A stretch of 64,000 nucleotides of DNA from Candidatus Krumholzibacteriia bacterium (GTDB lineage: Bacteria; Krumholzibacteriota; Krumholzibacteriia; JAJRXK01). The stretch covers positions 608,001 through 672,000 of the forward strand of contig JBGPIA010000002.1 of NCBI GenBank assembly GCA_041484665.1. Direction: 5' to 3'. This document shows positions 57,702-64,000 of the stretch, piece by piece; within the stretch, counting starts at the first letter, position 1, and each line of letters begins with the position of its first letter. Position numbers and translations under genes: made by a program. The notes beneath the pieces are model-generated. The model searched no databases, had not been told where the DNA came from, and was given only the letters and a program-made list of their open reading frames with translations.

Positions 57702-58256
57702 TCAGCCCCGCAGCGGTGCGTTGCCACGTTCATAGTAGGTGGCCCCGCTGGGCGCCAGGCGGCTCTCCATGACCGCCACGCTCTGGCAGCTGAAGCCGAA
57801 GCGGCGCGCCGCCAGCGCGTCGGCCGTCGCCTGCAGCGCGCCCGGATCGGGCGGCGTGCGCGGGCGCGCCAGGGTCAGGTGCGCGGAGAACGCTCGCGGT
57901 TGCTGTGGCCGCAGCGCGGCGGGCAGCGCCGCAACCACGTCCGCGGCCAGGCGGCTCAGCTGCAACTCGCCGGCGGCGGTGCGCAGCAGGAGCACCCGCG
58001 CGTGGCGCAGGCTGTCGAAGGCGCCCAGGCCCTGCAGCGCCAGCTCGAAGGGCGCGTGCCGCGCGGCAGCCCCCTGGACGGCACTCAGCACTCCGTCCAG
58101 GCGCGCGGCGGCGATCTCGTCCAGAAACGCGAGCGTCAGGTGGAGGTTTTCCGCGGGAGTCCACCGTACGCGCAGGCCGGCTGCGGCCTGCGCCACGGCG
58201 CCCGCGATCTCCGCGCGCAGCGCCAGTGGCGGCACCACCGCCAAGAACAGCCTCAT
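57702..58256 (-). CDS. thpR: RNA 2',3'-cyclic phosphodiesterase (2'-5' RNA ligase family)
   Basis: [16 protein letters not shown] and AHLTLAR (two HxT motifs), [11 protein letters not shown]. Confidence 0.93.
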   Translation of the reverse strand: MRLFLAVVPPLALRAEIAGAVAQAAAGLRVRWTPAENLHLTLAFLDEIAAARLDGVLSAVQGAAARHAPFELALQGLGAFDSLRHARVLLLRTAAGELQLSRLAADVVAALPAALRPQQPRAFSAHLTLARPRTPPDPGALQATADALAARRFGFSCQSVAVMESRLAPSGATYYERGNAPLRG

Positions 58257-58278
58257 CGCTCCCGCCGTGCGCCCGGGC

Positions 58279-59529
58279 TCATGGCAGGCGGGGCTGGATG
58301 GCCAGCGCTCGGCGCAGCAGATCCAGCGCCGCCGCCACGCTCCAGGTCCGGTTCTGAGTGCGGTCGCCTGGGAACGCCGAGCGCTCGGCCTGCGTTGCGC
58401 CCGGGCCGGCGAGTGCGACCCAGGTCATCCCCACCGGCTTCTCCGCCGTTGCACCCGCAGGGCCGGCGATGCCGGTGACCGCCAGCCCCCAGTCGGTGCG
58501 CAGCCGGTCGCGAACGCCTGTGGCCATCGCCCGGGCGGCCTCCTCGCTCACGGCGCCAAAGCTTCGCAGCAGGTCCTCCGGCACGCCGAGCGCCTCCACC
58601 TTCACAGCGTCGTGATAGGCGATCACGCCGCCACGGAATGCTGCGCTGCTGCCCGGGACACGCGTGAGACAGCCGCCCAACAGTCCCGCGGTGCACGACT
58701 CCGCGACCGACAGGGTCTGGCGGCGACGCAGCAGCTCCTCCACCACGACGCGCTCGAGCCCCGCATCGCCCACCGCGTACACGTGGGGTGCCAGGCGCGC
58801 CAGCAGGGTGGCCCCCGCGGCGTCCAGATCGGCCTGCTCGTCGCCGGCCAACAGCAGCAGGTCCACGCCGAATTCGTTGACGAGGTAGCCGCGCTCGATC
58901 GCGCCGCCCTGCCCCAGCGCCGCGTCCACGGCGTCGGCCAGCGCCGACTCGGGCAGCCGCGCGGTGCGCAAGCGCAGGCGCCGCGGCGCGTTGCCCGCAA
59001 CCAGCGGCGCCACGATGCCCTCGGCGGTGGCTTCCCACATGGCGTGCAACTCCGCGGGGACGCCGGGCAGGAGCACAACGGGAACGCCGTCGAGCAGGTG
59101 CAGCAGCCCCGGCGCCGTGCCGCGCGGATTGGGGATCGGCTTGCCGGAGACCGTGCGATACGCCTGGCGGCGGTTGCTTTCGGGCATCGTCCTGCCCCGC
59201 CGGCGCCAGCGCTCGTGCAGCGCGGCGAGCAGCTCCAGGTCCAGCACCAGCTCCTCCTGCGCGGCGCGCGCGAGGCCCTCGCGCGAGAGATCGTCGGAGG
59301 TGGGCCCCAGGCCGCCAGCGACCACCACGGCCGCGCTCTCCGCGCTGCCGTGCAGGATCGCCGCCGCGATCCCCGCCACGTCGTCCGGCACGACCCGGAG
59401 GGAGTCGACGCATCCGCGCAGGACGGTGATGCGCTCGATCAGCCAGGCGCTGTTGGTGTCGCGCACGCGCCCGTCGAGCAGCTCGTCGCCGACCATGACC
59501 AGCGCCACGCCGCGCGGCGCCCGCGTCAA
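58279..59529 (-). CDS. cinA: CinA competence/damage-inducible protein (MocF-like + NMN deamidase)
   Basis: TTG 59529 overlaps the pgpA stop. VGDELLDG..DTN, GGLGPTSDD, GTAPG, LPGVPAE, AESCTAG, GAVSEE, TGIAGP. Confidence 0.95.
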   Translation of the reverse strand: MTRAPRGVALVMVGDELLDGRVRDTNSAWLIERITVLRGCVDSLRVVPDDVAGIAAAILHGSAESAAVVVAGGLGPTSDDLSREGLARAAQEELVLDLELLAALHERWRRRGRTMPESNRRQAYRTVSGKPIPNPRGTAPGLLHLLDGVPVVLLPGVPAELHAMWEATAEGIVAPLVAGNAPRRLRLRTARLPESALADAVDAALGQGGAIERGYLVNEFGVDLLLLAGDEQADLDAAGATLLARLAPHVYAVGDAGLERVVVEELLRRRQTLSVAESCTAGLLGGCLTRVPGSSAAFRGGVIAYHDAVKVEALGVPEDLLRSFGAVSEEAARAMATGVRDRLRTDWGLAVTGIAGPAGATAEKPVGMTWVALAGPGATQAERSAFPGDRTQNRTWSVAAALDLLRRALAIQPRLP

Positions 59530-59984
59530 CCGAGGTGCGTGCGTGCCCACAGCATCATCCCCACGACGATGCGCGCCTGGATCCCGGCGATGACGTCGTC
59601 GGCCATCACGCCCCAGCCTGCGGGCAGCCGCTCCGCCTGGCGCGCGGGAGGCAGCTTCAGCACGTCGAACGCCCGGAACAACACGAATGCCGCGCCGACG
59701 TTGATCCAGTCGAGCGGAACCGCCAGCAGCGTGATCAACATGCCGGCCACCTCGTCGACGGTCGCTTGCTTGGGATCGTGGCCGTAGATGCGCTCGAGCG
59801 CCGAGCAGGCCGGCACGCCCAGTACCAGAGTCGCTGCCAGGAGCGTACTCTGCAGCGGCACCGAGCCGGCGTGGAACGCCAGCAGCAGCGCCGCGACCAG
59901 CAGGCTGGTCCAGGTGGCCGGAATCACCGGAATCAGCCCGACGCCGAAGCAGGTGCCCACGACGATCGCAAGAGGCCGCGGCAT
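59526..59984 (-). CDS. pgpA: Phosphatidylglycerophosphatase A
   Basis: HDPKQATVDEVAG, FRAFDVLK, GWGVMADDVIAG. Confidence 0.92.
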   Translation of the reverse strand: MPRPLAIVVGTCFGVGLIPVIPATWTSLLVAALLLAFHAGSVPLQSTLLAATLVLGVPACSALERIYGHDPKQATVDEVAGMLITLLAVPLDWINVGAAFVLFRAFDVLKLPPARQAERLPAGWGVMADDVIAGIQARIVVGMMLWARTHLG

Positions 59985-59994
59985 GATGGGCGAC

Positions 59995-60024
59995 AGAGTA
60001 GGCGCGGGCGGCGCGGGCGGTCAA
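59995..60024 (-). promoter_or_regulatory. sigma70-type promoter of pgpA-cinA-thpR (near-leaderless)
   Basis: TTGACC-18-TACTCT, 10 nt before ATG 59984. Confidence 0.6.
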
Positions 60025-60043
60025 GCCGCGCGCGAGGGGGGGC

Positions 60044-60622
<579 letters not shown>

Positions 60623-60651
60623 GGCGCTCTCCCAGCAGGTCGACGGAGACG

Positions 60652-61155
60652 TCAGTCGACGAACAGGTTGTCGATCTCGGCCTCGACTCCCTTGGTGAAA
60701 TCCGAGTCCGCCAGGGGATGGTCGTATTCCTCGTTGCGGTATTCCAGCTTCTCGAACAGGCGCTCCAGGATCGCGCTCAGCTCGTCTACCGCGCGCTTCA
60801 CGCGCAGCCGCACCAGCCCCAGCGTCGTGGTCTTGTCGAACAACACGACCAGGATCACGTCGCGGGCGATCTTGCTCAGGTACATGCTCTCGTCGGAGCC
60901 CTGGTGGTAGAGCGTCGAGAAGTCCTTTTCACCGATGAGCTTGGCGAGCTGATTGTTCGCCTCGAAATCCGCGGCGCACAGGCTGGCGAAGCTCACGATA
61001 TCGAAGTCGGGCGGCGTGCCGATATTGCTGATCAGCTGCCCGGTCCTGTCGATCAGGAGCGTGCTGCGCGAGTTGCTGCTCTTGAGCAGATCGGCGAGCA
61101 CGCTGTTGATCGCCCAGTAGTCCTCTTCGAAGATCGACCAGTCGGCCTTGACCAT
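60652..61155 (-). CDS. mglB: MglB roadblock/LC7 protein (GAP for MglA)
   Basis: ATG 61155. [50 protein letters not shown]. Confidence 0.93.
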   Translation of the reverse strand: MVKADWSIFEEDYWAINSVLADLLKSSNSRSTLLIDRTGQLISNIGTPPDFDIVSFASLCAADFEANNQLAKLIGEKDFSTLYHQGSDESMYLSKIARDVILVVLFDKTTTLGLVRLRVKRAVDELSAILERLFEKLEYRNEEYDHPLADSDFTKGVEAEIDNLFVD

Positions 61156-61484
61156 GGTGCTCTCGTTGCTGGGGTGGCGCCCGCTGGCCACCGCGTCCGC
61201 CGGTCCGCGACGGCTCGCCCGTCCCCCGCGCAGCGCATCCGCCGCCGACGGGAAGACGGCGCGAACGGGGAGCACGCGCCGCGGAGCTGACGCCGGCGGC
61301 CCTTCGGCCCTGTCCCGGCGCGCCCGGTCCAAGCCGGGCAACGCAAGAAGCATGCACAAGAAAGGCCCAGCGCCGGCGACCCGGGCCGCCCGCGCGGTGC
61401 GGCTTCCGGGGAGCGGCCGGCGGCGGGGAGCCGGCAGGATTTGCCGGGCGAAGCTCCTTGCAAAACGCGAGGCGCAGCGCCCCG

Positions 61485-62093
61485 TCAGCGCAGGGGGCGC
61501 CGGCCGGAGAAGGCCCGCTCCAGCGTCACCTCGTCGACGTACTCCAGGTCGCCGCCTACAGGGATGCCCGTGGCGAGGCGGGTCACCTGCACCGGCAGCT
61601 CCTGGAGCATGCGCGCGACGTAGAGGGCCGTCGCCTCTCCCTCGACGCTGCCCGAGAGCGCCAGCACGACCTCGCGCACGCCCTCGTCACGCACCCGCTG
61701 CGCCAGTGCGGCCAGACGCAGCTGAGCCGGCTCCACGCCTTCCAACGGCGAGAGCAGCCCACCCAGCACGTGGTAGCGGCCGCGGAAGACGGCCGCGCGC
61801 TCCATCGAGAACACGTCTTGGGCCTGCCCCACCACGCACAACAGCGCGGGATCGCGCCGAGCGTCCTGGCAGAGGTCGCAGCGCTCGCCCTCGGCGATCG
61901 CGCCACAGCGCGCGCACGGCTGCACGTGCGCCTTCATGTCCAGGATCGCCTGCACCAGTGATTGCGCCTCCGCGGCGGGCTCCTCCAGCAGGTGCAGGGC
62001 GATGCGCGCGGCGGATTTCTGCCCGATCCCGGGCAGGCGGGAGAGCTGCTGGACCAGGCGCTCCAGACGAACGGATCCGAGGGGATGCTTCAC
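61485..62093 (-). CDS. recR: Recombination mediator RecR
   Basis: LPGIGQKSAARIA, CARC..CDLC zinc finger, YHVLGG, EGEATA, GIPVGGDLEY. Confidence 0.97.
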   Translation of the reverse strand: MKHPLGSVRLERLVQQLSRLPGIGQKSAARIALHLLEEPAAEAQSLVQAILDMKAHVQPCARCGAIAEGERCDLCQDARRDPALLCVVGQAQDVFSMERAAVFRGRYHVLGGLLSPLEGVEPAQLRLAALAQRVRDEGVREVVLALSGSVEGEATALYVARMLQELPVQVTRLATGIPVGGDLEYVDEVTLERAFSGRRPLR

Positions 62094-62136
62094 GATCGCA
62101 GCGAGCGCGGCCGCAGTGGCAGCGCGGGACGGCGGC

Positions 62137-62448
62137 TCAGAACAGCCCCGGCAGGTTGAGCCCGCCGGCGAGCTGGCCCATGGCCTCCTGCGCCATCGCG
62201 GCCGCCTTCTTCTGGCCTTCCTGCACCGCGGCGACGATCAAGTCCTCGAGGAGCTCCACGTCCTGCCCCTGCAAGGCCTGCGGACCGATCTTCAGCGCGA
62301 CGAGCTCCTGGTGCCCATTGACGACGGCGGTCACGAGCCCGCCGCCACTCTGCGCCTCGACCTTGCGCTGGGCGAGCTGCTCCTGCAGCTGCGCCATCTG
62401 CTGCTGCATCTCCTGCGCGCGCTTCATGAGCTGCTGGAAGTCGGGCAT
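62137..62448 (-). CDS. ybaB: YbaB/EbfC nucleoid-associated protein
   Basis: ATG 62448. MKRAQEMQ, SGGGLV, DVELLEDLIVAAV; between dnaX and recR. Confidence 0.95.
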   Translation of the reverse strand: MPDFQQLMKRAQEMQQQMAQLQEQLAQRKVEAQSGGGLVTAVVNGHQELVALKIGPQALQGQDVELLEDLIVAAVQEGQKKAAAMAQEAMGQLAGGLNLPGLF

Positions 62449-62541
62449 CGCGGTGTACCTCTGGGCTGGCCTGCGTCGATCGCGCGAAGACGACCCGGCG
62501 GGGAGCATCCGGGGGGCTACCCTACGTCCGTCACCTGGGGG

Positions 62542-64000
<1,459 letters not shown>

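Noticed and set aside
61343..61357. sigma54-like promoter upstream of mglB (GTGCATG-N4-TTGC)
   Set aside because: The -12 element fits, but the near-invariant GG at -25/-24 is TG; too weak to call.

Overview
This is a very GC-rich bacterial chromosomal window (roughly 70%+ by eye), almost entirely coding on the minus strand; the only credible plus-strand gene is an orphan tonB. The gene content (PorZ-like protein with a T9SS/FlgD-type C-terminal domain, DUF2723, spoVG, mglAB, selA, smc) suggests a diderm, probably of an FCB-related candidate phylum; this placement is inference only. In transcription order (right to left) the window holds: dnaX(partial)-ybaB-recR; mglB-mglA; pgpA-cinA-thpR-[degenerate thpR paralog]; recA-recX-GT4-wcaJ-like PGT-polyprenyl-P phosphoribosyltransferase-DUF362-ispE-spoVG-prs; rplY-pth; rpsF-rpsR-rplI-PMM/PGM-manC-PPIase; DUF151-gamma-CA-LpoA-like; tonB(+); selA-[pseudo-BY-kinase/SPOR]-smc-ftsY-ribD-ribE-ribBA-ribH-nusB; a ~21 kb, 14-gene envelope glycosylation cluster; and the start of the dcw cluster (mraZ-STAS-rsmH-ftsL-ftsI partial). 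No rRNA, tRNA, CRISPR or mobile element was seen. The most notable observations are: (i) a polyprenol-phosphate-sugar/GT-C glycosylation cluster containing a TMEM260-like transferase and a PorZ-like protein; (ii) three apparent pseudoenzymes, namely a BY-kinase/MinD-like domain fused to TM+SPOR upstream of smc, a tandem 2H-phosphoesterase copy lacking both HxT motifs upstream of recA, and a GT2 fused to a PGT domain lacking its Asp-Glu dyad; (iii) a DPPR-synthase-like gene paired with DUF362 and followed by ispE and prs. All product calls come from motif recognition; no database search was run.
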